The notes under the pieces were generated by a model. The model did no database searches and was not told where the DNA came from. It worked only from the letters and a program-made list of their open reading frames with translations. A program made the translations under genes and the position numbers. 64,000 bases of DNA, from assembly GCA_040220235.1 (NCBI GenBank), contig JAVJTO010000047.1, one strand, 5' to 3'. Source of the stretch: Coleofasciculus sp. B1-GNL1-01. GTDB lineage: Bacteria; Cyanobacteriota; Cyanobacteriia; Cyanobacteriales; Coleofasciculaceae. Within the stretch, counting starts at the first letter, position 1, and each line of letters starts with the position of its first letter. This document shows, in pieces, positions 40,301-50,619 of the stretch.

Positions 40301-43090
40301 CGATGTTTCTGGTTGCGGTGTCTCTACAGATTCATCCGTTAACCAATCTGCCTCTAAATCCTCTGGCTGGGCGCTCTCAGCTAAGGCTTCTTCCTCTTGT
40401 TCGCCGAATAAATCATCTAAGTCTTCGCTCGGTGCTGTTTCTGGGATTTCCTCATCCCCAAATAGATCGGCAGCACTGTCCGATGTTTCCGGTTGCGGTG
40501 TCTCTACAGATTCATCAGTTAACCAATCTGCCTCTAAATCCTCTGGCTCAGCACTCTCAGCTAAGGCTTCCTCCTCTTGTTCGCCGAATAAGTCGTCTAA
40601 GTTTTCGCTTGATGGTGTTTCTGTTGTTTCCCAATCCCCAAATAGATCGGCGGCGGTGTCTAATGTTTCCGGTTGCGGTGTCTCTGGAGACTCATCAGTT
40701 AACCAATCTGCCTCTAAATCCTCTACTTGGGCGTTTGAATCAAATGACTCCTCACCGTCTTCAGCAAATAAGTCGTCTAAATCTTCGTTAGATGGAGCCT
40801 GTGGTGTTTCCCAATCGCCAAATAGATCGGCTGCTGATTCCGTTTCCGATGTCCACGGTTGTTGTGTCTCTTGAGATTCATCCGTTAACCAATCGATATC
40901 AAAATCTTCTACCTGTGCCGTTGAGCCTTGTGACTCTTCATCCTCTTCAGCAAAGAATTCGGCGGCATCTTCTGTTACTTCTGGCAGAATTTCGTCGCCT
41001 TGTTCCTCAAACAATGACTCCGAACTATCTCCATCCTTTTGGGCTGAACTTGTGGTTTCATTTAATAACGCTTCATCCGTAGATGTGGGCAGTTCAACGA
41101 TAGAATCGTTTTCTGGCTCAGTCAAGCTATCGACTGGTGTTGATTCAACTCCAGGTTCTGAATCAAAGAAGTCATTGAGCGCCTCAAAATCGGGGAGGTC
41201 TTCTGAGTCTTCCCAAGCTTCTTGATCAAAATCGTCGAGAGATGTTTCTTCAAAGGGATTTAATACATCCCCCACTTCTGGTGTTGCTGATTCGATGTCG
41301 ATTGTCTCAGCTTGATTGTTATTGTCTAACTGGTTTTCTAGATCTAAATCATTACTTTCTAGATAGTCTTCCAGATCTAAATCATCCTGATTAACTGATT
41401 CTCCTAGGGTTTGGGGATTTTCCTCAGTGCTAGAAATTTCTAGCAGGTCATCAAAGTCCCAGTCGGACTCTGAGACTTTTTCATCGCCCTGAAGGGAGGA
41501 TTGAGGAAAGTCCTCCTCTACATCCAAATCCTCAAGTTCGGAATGACTGAGAATTTCCGCTGACGCAGCTTCTCCTTCCTCGTCAAAGAAACTCTCACCA
41601 AATAAACCATTCAAGTCATCGTCTGAGTGACTCATCTGGTCTGAATCCTCTGAGCTATCTGACTCAAATAGTAGATCAGAAAAGTCATCGGTTAAGCTGG
41701 ATGAGATATCAAGGGAATCCGATGATTCTTTTGAGGCTTGAGGATTGGCGATCGCGTCTGGGGCGAAGTCATCATCTAACCCTTGCATTAACAGATCATC
41801 GGCTGTTGAATTCTCTTGCTCACTTTCCCCAATTAGATCCGAAAAATCATTCGAGTCTTCAAGATCCAGGAAGTCATCTGAATCCGAGTTTAAGGATTTA
41901 TCGTTTAGGTTGATAACGGCTTCTTCTTCTTGCCAAGTTTGATCTAAATCAGGTGTTTGAGTTTCAAAAATATCGGCTAAACTATTAAGTTCAGCAATAC
42001 CCACTTCGGGTTCGCCCTGATCAGAGAGGGGAGAGATAGAGTTTGAGGATTGAACCGTCGAGAATTGGAGTTGATCACCTCTAAACCCGGCGGTGTCGTT
42101 TGGGTCTTGGATATAGGTATCCTCGGCTTGGATATAGGTATCTCGACTATCGGGGAGATGGGTGGTTTCTTTTTGGTTTTGGTTAGATTCCTCGGTTGTA
42201 GGAGTTGGTTGAGGGGAAGAATGGGTGCTAGAATCAGATGCTGTCGTTGATTCGACTGTTGTCGCGTCTGGTGCAAGGGCTTTGAGTTGTTCACTGGGTA
42301 CAATCTCGACGGATCGCCCAGTCAGGACTAATTCTTGAGCTTGTTTAATTTCTTTAATCGTGACGCTAGCAAGTAAGCGATAAGTATTTTCGGGATTCGC
42401 GATCGCACGTTTTGATATCTCTAATAGTTCACCCCACCCCGGTAAGTCCAATCGATCACCTAATTCGATCAACCGTTGGCAATGATCTTGCAGGGCGCGA
42501 CGGTGTTCGGGAGTATCCGACTGCTTATACAGTTGCAACATCTCCCGCAGTTCTACCAGGACATCTCGCTTAAAGGTGGCGGGCAAGGTTTTTGTTCCTT
42601 TACTAGAGGATTGAGAGGAGTTTGCTGGGGAAGGGGTATCACCAGCCGTTTGGGTATTTTGGGCTAACTGTTGTAGATAGCTGTTGAGTTGCTCAAAAAC
42701 AGGCTCAGCATCAGACATAATTGTGCTAGCTGTTTCCTCGGTCAAGCCATAAGATTGAAGCTGGTTTAACAGAGCGCTGAGGGTATCAAAAACTCGCAGC
42801 AACAGGGTTTCTAACTGAGTATCTACTTGGATTGGAGTCTCTTGAAGGACTTTGAAGTAATCTTCTAGGCGATGGGCAGTTTGATGAATGCTATTAAGTC
42901 CTAACATCGCTGCTCCGCCCTTGACCGAATGAGCAGCGCGGAACATTTCGTTCAGCGTCTCAGCGTCTTCGATGGTGCTTTGCAGATTTAGCAAACCTTG
43001 CTCTATGGTATTGAGGTGGTCTTGTGCCTCCTCCATAAAGTAGCCCATGATTCGCTGTTGTTGTTCCGACTGCATAGCCATATCCCTCAA
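37325..43090 (-). CDS. CheA-like hybrid kinase Hpt-linker-HATPase-CheW-REC (PilL/HmpE type)
   Basis: FRAAHSVKGG Hpt, NAITHGIE, GRGVGMDVV, GATVLGDG CheW, VDDS..CDIEMP REC; long acidic linker. Confidence 0.95.
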   Translation of the reverse strand: MRDMAMQSEQQQRIMGYFMEEAQDHLNTIEQGLLNLQSTIEDAETLNEMFRAAHSVKGGAAMLGLNSIHQTAHRLEDYFKVLQETPIQVDTQLETLLLRVFDTLSALLNQLQSYGLTEETASTIMSDAEPVFEQLNSYLQQLAQNTQTAGDTPSPANSSQSSSKGTKTLPATFKRDVLVELREMLQLYKQSDTPEHRRALQDHCQRLIELGDRLDLPGWGELLEISKRAIANPENTYRLLASVTIKEIKQAQELVLTGRSVEIVPSEQLKALAPDATTVESTTASDSSTHSSPQPTPTTEESNQNQKETTHLPDSRDTYIQAEDTYIQDPNDTAGFRGDQLQFSTVQSSNSISPLSDQGEPEVGIAELNSLADIFETQTPDLDQTWQEEEAVINLNDKSLNSDSDDFLDLEDSNDFSDLIGESEQENSTADDLLMQGLDDDFAPDAIANPQASKESSDSLDISSSLTDDFSDLLFESDSSEDSDQMSHSDDDLNGLFGESFFDEEGEAASAEILSHSELEDLDVEEDFPQSSLQGDEKVSESDWDFDDLLEISSTEENPQTLGESVNQDDLDLEDYLESNDLDLENQLDNNNQAETIDIESATPEVGDVLNPFEETSLDDFDQEAWEDSEDLPDFEALNDFFDSEPGVESTPVDSLTEPENDSIVELPTSTDEALLNETTSSAQKDGDSSESLFEEQGDEILPEVTEDAAEFFAEEDEESQGSTAQVEDFDIDWLTDESQETQQPWTSETESAADLFGDWETPQAPSNEDLDDLFAEDGEESFDSNAQVEDLEADWLTDESPETPQPETLDTAADLFGDWETTETPSSENLDDLFGEQEEEALAESAEPEDLEADWLTDESVETPQPETSDSAADLFGDEEIPETAPSEDLDDLFGEQEEEALAESAQPEDLEADWLTDESVETPQPETSDTQTDIWGEWETPETASSEDLDDLFGEQEEEALAESAEPEDLEADWLIDESVETPQPETSDSAADLFGDWDIPETPSDEDLDDLFAAEEEAEVAPSAELEDLDEDWLTDESVETPQPETSDSAADVFGDWDIPETPSDQDLDALFSLEEATVDDDFSLATLAETEWDLDSPRESADEFADLETMLDGETSAALTSESGDEFADLETMLDGETSAALTSESGDEFADLEAMLDGETPAALTSESGDEFADLEAMLSDTPSQTESFEDLEILLGDQETTQEVAQTPQSQTKDDLDIDKELEILLQDADKTMGGSATTTTTGSRQTAPLPSRRPPRIFEQTMRVPVKHLDSLNNLVGELVVSRNSLEQDQERLRQFLDNLQHQVSALSDVGARMRDLYERSLLESSLLASSQSQQRSRSIFGSENAAPASQESDSESSEDYHPLEMDRFTGFHLLSQEMIELIVQVRESASDVEFLVDETDQVARNLRQVTTQLQEGLTRSRMVPFANAADRLTRPVREISIKLSKEAQLQVDGRETLLDKMILEHLYDPLTHLVNNAITHGIESPDERQDMGKPAVGQISLRAFHQGNQTVIAISDDGAGIDPERIKRKAIEKKLITPGEAKDLTNTELYDFLFHPGFSTKDEASEFAGRGVGMDVVRTSLSEIRGAIYIDSALGKGTTFTIRLPLTLSICKALCCLSDRARIAFPMDGVEDMFDVPQDRLQKDANGQVGVSWRDTLVSVQPLSELLSYNRSISRGNVYGGKREDDLVSIVVLRSSGTFIAIEVDQVLGEQEIVIKQLEGPPPKPIGIAGATVLGDGRIMPIADVLELIDLASGRLRKDSVTIWSRGDSEGAGIEQAPETPHEPLVLIVDDSITVRELLSMTFAKAGYRVEQSRDGQEAWDKLRSGLPCDIVFCDIEMPRMDGLELLSRLQKDENLSQLPIAMLTSRGAKRHRQMAAQLGASGYFTKPYLEEVLLDAAQRMIQGEVLFSGSEA
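39540..39780 (-). repeat. 69-bp (23-aa) tandem repeat in CheA linker, about 3.5 copies
   Basis: DEFADLE(T/A)MLDGET(S/P)AALTSESG units. Confidence 0.95.
39860..40900 (-). repeat. 180-bp (60-aa) tandem repeat in CheA linker, about 5-6 copies
   Basis: TCTCTACAGATTCATC at 39961, 40141, 40321, 40501; variant at 40681. Confidence 0.95.
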
Positions 43091-43322
43091 AGCGTAGTAT
43101 TGTGGGGTATTTTGCTTCCCTAACTGCCCTGATTCAGTGCAGCGCTCGATTAAGGTTTACCATCAATAGTTTTTTTAATGTAGCTAATCTATTTGGGATT
43201 GACCTTAATTTATGGCGAATCAAACCTAGCTTTCCCCCTTACCCCCTCTGATTGTAGCATTGCGGTCTACCGACTCTTTTCCTCGATTCGTCTTTGTCCT
43301 TTGGTATGCTGAAACCGACGCT

Positions 43323-44096
43323 CTAAAGGTTATCCTCTGCCTCTTGCCGATCTTGTTTTGCCAAGTTCCGTTGCTGCTGGGCAACGGCTTTTTGGTGAGA
43401 CTGTTCACCCGTCCAATCCGCACCTCGTTGGTCTAACTCATTCAGCAAGGGTAATCGACCATACAGAATCAATACATCACCCGCACAAATGCGAGTGTGT
43501 CCTTTCGGTGCGCCCACATAGCGACCATTCTCCCGTTGGATTCCCAGCACTACCACACCTTCTTGCCTCAACCCCAACTCCCCTAACGCTCTATCTGCTA
43601 ACCAATCATCAGGTTGTACTTCCATCTCCATTACGGTGTAATCACCAGACAGACGTAGCAAATTGGCATAATCTTGCACATTCAGCGTAGTCCAGCGGTG
43701 CAATGCCCAATTAATCAGTCGTGACAAATAACGGTCAATCCATTTACTCGTGGCTAAAACCCACAGCACCGCTAGTCCTATCCCCAATATCAGCGATCGC
43801 ACTAGCCATTGCTGATTACTCGCTGTGTTCAAAAATGTCAAGATTAGGGATGAAATCGTGGTGATCACTCCCACATTCCCTAGCAACATCAACAGCATCA
43901 AGATGCGACGCCGTACCGGATGGCTAACCACTTGTTCGGCTTCGTTGGTGGTAAAGCCTACCCCTGTAAACGCTGAGCGAGCCTGGAACTTTGCCGATTC
44001 CCGTGACAGTCCGGTGAGTGCCAGCGCCACAGTAGCAATGCGAGTAATGAGTAGCGACAAGCTGATCACAGTCAACAGTGAAATCAGTGCAGCCAA
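43323..44096 (-). CDS. Membrane protein with TrkA-C (RCK-C) domain
   Basis: FQARSAFTGVGFTT pore-like motif; LGELGLRQEGVVVLGIQR..GDVLILYG. Confidence 0.85.
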   Translation of the reverse strand: MAALISLLTVISLSLLITRIATVALALTGLSRESAKFQARSAFTGVGFTTNEAEQVVSHPVRRRILMLLMLLGNVGVITTISSLILTFLNTASNQQWLVRSLILGIGLAVLWVLATSKWIDRYLSRLINWALHRWTTLNVQDYANLLRLSGDYTVMEMEVQPDDWLADRALGELGLRQEGVVVLGIQRENGRYVGAPKGHTRICAGDVLILYGRLPLLNELDQRGADWTGEQSHQKAVAQQQRNLAKQDRQEAEDNL

Positions 44097-44452
44097 GTTT
44101 TACCTCCCCTAATGTTTTTCTCAAAAGAACACGTTTGCTTTATTAATAAATAGTGTAATATGATCTCTATCTAAAGAAGGTTGATTAAGTTATAGTTAAA
44201 CCAGTAAAATTCAGTTTTATTAGCGCTAAATAATCGTCAGTATTTTGCGTCGGTTAAGTCGAAGTAAGAAAATCAACTTTTTATTTTTTTTAAGTGGTCG
44301 GGCAAAAGAAAACAGCACTGTACTAAGTTTTGCAAATAAGCCTCAACCCCTTACAAATGAAGAATGACGAACGACGTAGCTTGCTTCTCAAGGGAGCGAG
44401 TTTTTCACCGTTCACGTTAATTATGTCCACCTACTTAACAGTTTAATTAACT

Positions 44453-45331
44453 ATGGTAAAACAGTTCCAAACACGACAGCGATCGCAGGCTTGGGCAAGA
44501 GAAATTCAGCAGATAATTCGCGGGGTTTTGGGCGGATGTTTGTTTGGCATTCCTCTACTCTATACAATGGAAGTTTGGTGGATTGGATCATCGATTGAAC
44601 CAATTCTATTACTATCAATTATCAGCATTACGTACAGTGTTGTGTTTTTATTTAATCGCAGTGAAGGCTTTCGCAAAAGTAGGCGTGATGGGATGCTTCA
44701 TGCCGCTATGGAAAGTGTGGAAGCATTGGCAATTGGCATTGTCTGTGCGACGTTTATTCTAATTTTGCTGCGTCGCATTACCGGAGAAACTCCCATTGAT
44801 GAAGCATTGGGAAAAGTTATTTTTGAGAGTGTGCCATTTTCCTTGGGTGTGGCGATGGCGCGATCGCTACTACCGGAGCAATTGGCTGAATCTGAATCCA
44901 GTCAATACTTACAGCCGATCAAAAAACTGGGTTTCCGGACGATGATAGCTGATATTAGTGCCACCTTAATCGGTGCAATCATTGTCGCCTTTAGTATTGC
45001 CCCGACTGACGAAATTCCCACCCTAGCGGCGGCGGCATCACCCCCTTGGCTGTTGATCATTATTGCCGCATCCCTATTCATTTCCTATGGGATTGTTTTT
45101 GCGGCTGGCTTTGCCAACCAAAGTCAACATCGCCTCTTCAAAGGGATTTCATTAACTCCTATCGGGAAAACTATTTTATCCTATTTAATATCACTGTTGG
45201 CTTCAGCATTGATGTTGTGGTTCTTCAACCGTCTTAGCTTGAGTGATCCGTGGTTTTTGTGGTTACGGTATACCCTGTTATTAGGGCTACCTGCAACTAT
45301 TGGTGGTGCTGCTGGACGTTTAGCGATATGA
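44453..45331 (+). CDS. TIGR02587 (DUF2391) integral membrane protein
   Basis: GIPLLYTMEVWWIG, APTDE, ATIGGAAGRLAI. Confidence 0.88.
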   Translation: MVKQFQTRQRSQAWAREIQQIIRGVLGGCLFGIPLLYTMEVWWIGSSIEPILLLSIISITYSVVFLFNRSEGFRKSRRDGMLHAAMESVEALAIGIVCATFILILLRRITGETPIDEALGKVIFESVPFSLGVAMARSLLPEQLAESESSQYLQPIKKLGFRTMIADISATLIGAIIVAFSIAPTDEIPTLAAAASPPWLLIIIAASLFISYGIVFAAGFANQSQHRLFKGISLTPIGKTILSYLISLLASALMLWFFNRLSLSDPWFLWLRYTLLLGLPATIGGAAGRLAI

Positions 45332-45332
45332 T

Positions 45333-45746
45333 ATGAGTGATCAGTCTCCCGATCAAACGAATTCCTATCATCGTTCCCCGGCGGAGTGGGTCAGCTTTAC
45401 AATTGCCCTGTTCATTTTAATTACAATTGTGGGACTGGTCACATTTAGAGGACTGGGTAGAGACAGTCAACCCCCTATCCTCTGTGTAACTGTTAAACAA
45501 ATAGACATTCGCCAAATAGAAAGGCAATATTATGTTCCCTTCACAGTCACCAATAGCGGGGGGAGAACGGCAGAATCTGTTCAGGTGGTGGCGGAACTCA
45601 CAACAGCAGCGGGCGTTCAAGAATCAGGGGAACAAACTATTAACTTTTTGTCCAGTGGTGAAATTCAAGAGGGAGCCTTTATTTTTAGCTACCCTCCTCA
45701 AGAGGGAGACTTAAAGGTACGGGTTGCTAGTTATAAACTACCGTGA
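45333..45746 (+). CDS. TIGR02588 family protein
   Basis: SPAEWVSF, VPFTVTNSGGRTAESVQV, RVASYKLP; coupled to TIGR02587. Confidence 0.85.
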   Translation: MSDQSPDQTNSYHRSPAEWVSFTIALFILITIVGLVTFRGLGRDSQPPILCVTVKQIDIRQIERQYYVPFTVTNSGGRTAESVQVVAELTTAAGVQESGEQTINFLSSGEIQEGAFIFSYPPQEGDLKVRVASYKLP

Positions 45747-45920
45747 CATCCTCCCACACCAAATCAAAGATTATGGTGTGGGCTTCCCCAAATCACTTTG
45801 AAGATTTCCTGGTTACTCCCCTGTCGAAGCTCAGGGGATTTCGACACTTGGATGGTTTTGGCTTTCACCAACCCCCAGTAGATCGTCTGCACAGGCAGTT
45901 TCGAGTTTTTGGCTAGGGGA
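45743..45920 (-). ncRNA. Orphan IS605/TnpB right-end (reRNA/omegaRNA-like) remnant
   Basis: Minus strand: GCCTGTGCAGACG...AACCAGGAA...GAAGCCCACACCA(loop)TGGTGTGGGAGGATGTCAC, the usual tnpB 3' end architecture; no tnpB ORF. Confidence 0.7.
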
Positions 45921-45940
45921 ACTTCAGGAAGTTGGAGATG

Positions 45941-47113
45941 TCAATCTTCCACCTTCATCGCCTTCGCCAATTCCGCCGCGACTAAAGGTCGAGAAAACTG
46001 CGGCGGAGGTAACTCACCTTTACGCAACAGTTCCCTTACCTTAGTTCCTGATAAGTGAATGCGTTGATCTGGAGTGCTGGGACTTGTCTTGGCTGTTGCC
46101 ATTGTCTCCGTCACTTCGCAGTAAAAGGCGTGTTCAAATTTCAGGGGTATAATCCCCAATTCATCCGGCTCAAACTCATCAAAGATATGCTGAGCATCGT
46201 AGGTGCCATAATAGTCACCCACACCTGCATGATCCCGCCCCACAATAAAGTGAGTACAACCGTAATTCTTACGCACGATCGCGTGAAAAATCGCTTCCCT
46301 TGGACCTGCATAGCGCATAGCGGCTGGGTTAATCGCTAAAATCACCTGGTTTTGGGGGAAATAGTTATCCATCATAATTTCATAGCAACGCATCCGCACA
46401 TCGGCGGGGATGTCATCGCTTTTGGTTGCACCAACTAAGGGATGCAGGAATAAACCATCAACAATTTCCAAGGCACACTTAATGATATATTCATGCGCCC
46501 GATGGATGGGATTTCGGGTTTGGAAACCCACCACCGTTTTCCATCCCCGTTCTTTAAACAACGTCCGAGATTGAGCCGGATCAATTTGATACTTAGGAAA
46601 CAGAGGATGGGGATACCGTTGCAATAACCAAACTGGACCCGCCAGATTTACGTCTCCTTGGTTATAAACCACCTTGACACCTGGATGCTTCTCCTCATCG
46701 GTGCGGTAAACATTCATCGCTTCCCGCTTTTTGTCATAGCGATATTTTTGCGTGAGTTCTAAAACGCCGACAAAGCGCCCATCCTGGTTATCCAGACGCA
46801 CTAAGTCGCCTTCCTTTAACGATTCAGCAACGTTCTCATCAACGGATAGAGTAACTGGAATAGACCAAGGTAAACCATTCGCCAGACGCATATTATCCAC
46901 GACTGACTCATAATCCCCTTGCTCCATAAACCCGGTCAAGGGACTAAATCCACCGATCGCGATTAAGTCTAGATCAGATGCTGCCCAGGCATCAAGTTGC
47001 ACCCTGGGTAGGGAATCCGCTTTCTCTAAAAATTCAGATCGCTGTTGTTCTGAGGCAATGCGATTGATGAGTTGACCCCCATGAGGGGCGATTCCATCCG
47101 AATGCTTACTCAA
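45941..47113 (-). CDS. sat: Sulfate adenylyltransferase (ATP sulfurylase); TTG start chosen, ORF open to 47176
   Basis: [48 protein letters not shown]. Confidence 0.97.
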   Translation of the reverse strand: MSKHSDGIAPHGGQLINRIASEQQRSEFLEKADSLPRVQLDAWAASDLDLIAIGGFSPLTGFMEQGDYESVVDNMRLANGLPWSIPVTLSVDENVAESLKEGDLVRLDNQDGRFVGVLELTQKYRYDKKREAMNVYRTDEEKHPGVKVVYNQGDVNLAGPVWLLQRYPHPLFPKYQIDPAQSRTLFKERGWKTVVGFQTRNPIHRAHEYIIKCALEIVDGLFLHPLVGATKSDDIPADVRMRCYEIMMDNYFPQNQVILAINPAAMRYAGPREAIFHAIVRKNYGCTHFIVGRDHAGVGDYYGTYDAQHIFDEFEPDELGIIPLKFEHAFYCEVTETMATAKTSPSTPDQRIHLSGTKVRELLRKGELPPPQFSRPLVAAELAKAMKVED

Positions 47114-47682
47114 TGTTTTTTCCTTTATTGCGTCAACTGCACCTCTAAAATAATCTGCTTTATGGGTTCTGGGCAATTATTCGTCATTTGTCATTTGTCA
47201 TTTGTCGTTCGTCATTTGTCATTTGTCATTCGTCCAGCTTACCCAGTTATAGCGGTACTAAGACAGGTTAGGACATTCTTTACTGTTCCCTCTTGGACTA
47301 ACTGATGTCCTAATGTATCCTCGTAGTGCTATATCGTGGCTGTTGAGAGGTTCTTTGTCAAATGGCACGCTTAATAAGCATTTGGGGAGCGTCAAAACCT
47401 TTGATATACCGTAGGGTGGGCATTGCCCACCAGAATACGAGGAGGAGATCTAAATCAGGGCACGATGGTATCGTGCCCCTACCCAATCAATTCTTCCGTA
47501 GGGGCACGGCATTGCCGTGCCCTTGGTTTAAGGCTACGCTCCCTAGAGAATGTGCTGGATTGAGGAACGAAACCCAGCCTACTCATGGACAGATTGAACC
47601 ATTGCCAAAATAGTTACCGTAGGTGGGCAATGCCCACCCTACAGAACAACTCCCCATATCCCAGACGTGCCATGGCACGTCT

Positions 47683-48747
47683 CTACACTGCATCCTGCTT
47701 TCGTTCAATAATTCCGCCGCCTAGCAGCATTTCTCCATCATATAAGACGGCGGCTTGTCCGGGAGTAATGCTAAACTGCGGCTGATCAAAAATTAGTTTT
47801 ATCCGATTCCCGTCTAGGGGAATAACCGTCACATCTACGGGACGACTGCGATAACGGACTTGCACAGACGCCTGAATTGGAGTCGTTGGCGGATGAATCG
47901 ATACCCAATTGACTCGCCCCACGGTACAATCAGGTTGAGTTGCACTAGCGCGATCGCCTACAATGACACGATTCGCCCCTGCATCAATCGCCACCACGTA
48001 TAATGGTTCAGGTGCAGCAATGCCGAGTCCTTTGCGTTGCCCAATCGTGTAATGGTGAATTCCTTGATGCTGACCTAAGACTTTACCATTAGTATCAACA
48101 ATATCTCCCGTGGTTTGGGAAATATACTGATCCAGAAACTTCCGCATTGAACCATGGGACTCAACCAAACACAAGTCCTGACTTTCGGGCTTCTCAGCCG
48201 TCTTGAGTTGATAGTCAGCCGCAAGCTGTCGCGTTTGCGTTTTCTCAAGTTCGCCTAAAGGAAATATCGAGGCGGCGAGTAAGTTTTGGCTTAAGTCGTA
48301 CAGGAAATAAGACTGGTCTTTATTCGAGTCTACCGCCCGCAGCAATTGATAGCGATCGCTCTTGGCATCATAGCGAATCCGCGCATAGTGACCTGTGGCA
48401 ATTTTATCAATGCCTAACGTCTCCCGTGCGTAGGCGAGCATCGGACTAAATTTAACGGTTTTGTTGCACTGGGAACAAGGTAAGGGCGTGATTCCCGATT
48501 CATACCCCGAAACCAGATAATTGACAATATTTGCCTGAAAAACCTCACGACTATCCACAATATGATGAGGAATGCCCAGTTGCTCACAAATAAACGCCGC
48601 ATCGACCATTCCCTCAGAACAACATTGACCCTTGCCTTTCATTAACCACAGGGTCAGACCAACGACTTCATAGCCTTGATGATGTAGGGTAGCGGCGGCA
48701 ACTGAACTATCAACTCCACCGGATAGACCGACGACGACTTTCTTCAT
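47683..48747 (-). CDS. mnmA: tRNA-specific 2-thiouridylase
   Basis: SGGVDS, PCSQCN, ATGHYA, KDQSYFL, ESQDLC, TIGQRKG, TPGQAAV. Confidence 0.97.
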   Translation of the reverse strand: MKKVVVGLSGGVDSSVAAATLHHQGYEVVGLTLWLMKGKGQCCSEGMVDAAFICEQLGIPHHIVDSREVFQANIVNYLVSGYESGITPLPCSQCNKTVKFSPMLAYARETLGIDKIATGHYARIRYDAKSDRYQLLRAVDSNKDQSYFLYDLSQNLLAASIFPLGELEKTQTRQLAADYQLKTAEKPESQDLCLVESHGSMRKFLDQYISQTTGDIVDTNGKVLGQHQGIHHYTIGQRKGLGIAAPEPLYVVAIDAGANRVIVGDRASATQPDCTVGRVNWVSIHPPTTPIQASVQVRYRSRPVDVTVIPLDGNRIKLIFDQPQFSITPGQAAVLYDGEMLLGGGIIERKQDAV

Positions 48748-49293
48748 GACATGAATGGACAACTAATCCTTTTGAAACATCAATTGTTGATCTAGGCTAA
48801 CATCCCCACCTGCTAAGTAGTCGGACTTTCATTCAAGTTGGCGGTTGAGATGAGGGAACACCTCGGACTTCGGCGAGCGCTCAGTCGAGCCGTCGAACGC
48901 TTACCTCGGCTTCGCTCGGTGTTCCCCCGCTCCCCCTCACCACAGCACTTATTCAGCTTTCACTATTGTCGGTTGGGTTAACGTAGGAAAGCCAACAAAA
49001 TTAAACCGGGTTGTGTTGTTTGTCTGTCATACCTGTAGTTCACTGCAATACAAATCTTACCCTTCAACTATTGTTATCTTTGTTGCGTTGGGTCTCTTAC
49101 CTTGACCCAACCGACTTGCTACCCGTTTAGTCTTCTACTGATTACTTTTTAATAACCCAATCTTAACCTTGTTTTATTTGCTTAACTTAATGTAAATCTA
49201 TTGAGTAAAAATGTATAATTTAAATCCGAACTATTTGCAAATCGGTGTTAAAATTTTAATTTTAACAGTTGCTAGAGAGAAGAGAGAACCCTT

Positions 49294-50358
49294 ATGGATT
49301 CATCGATGTATTCCATACAACAGCCATCTATGCAACTTGAGACATCTTACCCAGAGATAAAACAATTGAGTGTAAATGCGACACTGCAAGAATTACCTCT
49401 CTATAATTTTCAATTTGAAGCGTCTCAACCTGGAGAGGAAGTGGCTCAGATATTCCAACAAAACCCTGTATTACCAGGAGTTATTTTAATTGAACAGGGG
49501 ACATTTATGGGGATACTTTCGCGGCGACGGTTTCTGGAACAGATGAGCAGTCCTTATGGACTGGAACTCTTTTTGCGGCGACCACTCAAATCATTATATC
49601 GTTTTGCCCAGACTGAGGTGTTAGTTTTAACCGGGGATACCCAAATTGTTACAGCAGCACGTCATTGTTTAGAACGTCCTCCCGCCTTACTCTATGAACC
49701 AATCGCTGTGGAGTTAACCACCCAAACCTACCGCCTATTAGACGCCTATCAATTATTAGTGGCTCAGTTGTATATTCACGAACTAGCTACCCGGTTACTC
49801 AAGCAGCTTTATCAGGAGTTAGAAGTCGCCAACCTGCAACTAGAGGAACTCGCCAAGTCTGATGGTTTGACTGGGGTTGCTAATCGTCGGCGATTTGATG
49901 ACTATTTACAAACATGCTGGAAACAACATTGTGTGGGAAACTCTTGGCTGTCGCTAATTATGTGTGATGTTGATTGTTTTAAATACTACAACGATACTTA
50001 CGGTCATCAAGCGGGTGATGACTGTTTACGAAAAGTTGCATCGGCTATCCAGCGTCAAGTTAAGCGTCCCGCCGATTTAGTAGCGCGTTATGGGGGTGAA
50101 GAATTTGTGGTCATTTTACCCCTGACTCCTCTCGATGGTGCAATTCAGGTGGCTCAAGCGATTGGAGAAGCCGTGAGGACTTTAAACATTCCCCATGAAA
50201 CCTCTTTGGTGAGTCAACGGGTTACCTTGAGTCTTGGTGTCGCCAGTATTATTCCGAATCCACAACGATCGCCAACAACATTGACTGCCGCCGCCGATGC
50301 TGCATTATATCAAGCTAAATCAGCCGGACGCGATCGCGTGATTGTTTATACCCGTTAG
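49294..50358 (+). CDS. Diguanylate cyclase with N-terminal CBS-like domain
   Basis: DGLTGVANRR, RPAD I-site, RYGGEEF, ALYQAKSAGR. Confidence 0.93.
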   Translation: MDSSMYSIQQPSMQLETSYPEIKQLSVNATLQELPLYNFQFEASQPGEEVAQIFQQNPVLPGVILIEQGTFMGILSRRRFLEQMSSPYGLELFLRRPLKSLYRFAQTEVLVLTGDTQIVTAARHCLERPPALLYEPIAVELTTQTYRLLDAYQLLVAQLYIHELATRLLKQLYQELEVANLQLEELAKSDGLTGVANRRRFDDYLQTCWKQHCVGNSWLSLIMCDVDCFKYYNDTYGHQAGDDCLRKVASAIQRQVKRPADLVARYGGEEFVVILPLTPLDGAIQVAQAIGEAVRTLNIPHETSLVSQRVTLSLGVASIIPNPQRSPTTLTAAADAALYQAKSAGRDRVIVYTR

Positions 50359-50619
50359 CATTAATGCTGATGGATAACTTCAACCGTCTCTCTTTTATAT
50401 TTATATCAGGGATTCTCTACTTAAATTGGATTAATTTCCCGTGTTCACTTGATCTTTATTAAAGTTTAATCGTTTCTTAAAACGATATTAACGTTTCAGG
50501 GCATCTTCATTTTCTAGAATATTTTGTACAAACCAACTATTAAATCATTTTACAAACCAAATGACAAATAGCTGATTTGTGAGTTTACATACAAATTAGA
50601 GGTTTAATTTTATAGGTTT

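Noticed and set aside
39472..41082. Long plus-strand ORFs (131-306 aa) with repeats
   Set aside because: Antisense shadows of the repetitive CheA linker
47300..47690. Short ORFs between sat and mnmA (similarly 12811-12993, 55572-55835, 56037-56292, 56737-56964)
   Set aside because: Translations of REP, STRR, MITE or CRISPR DNA with no coding signature
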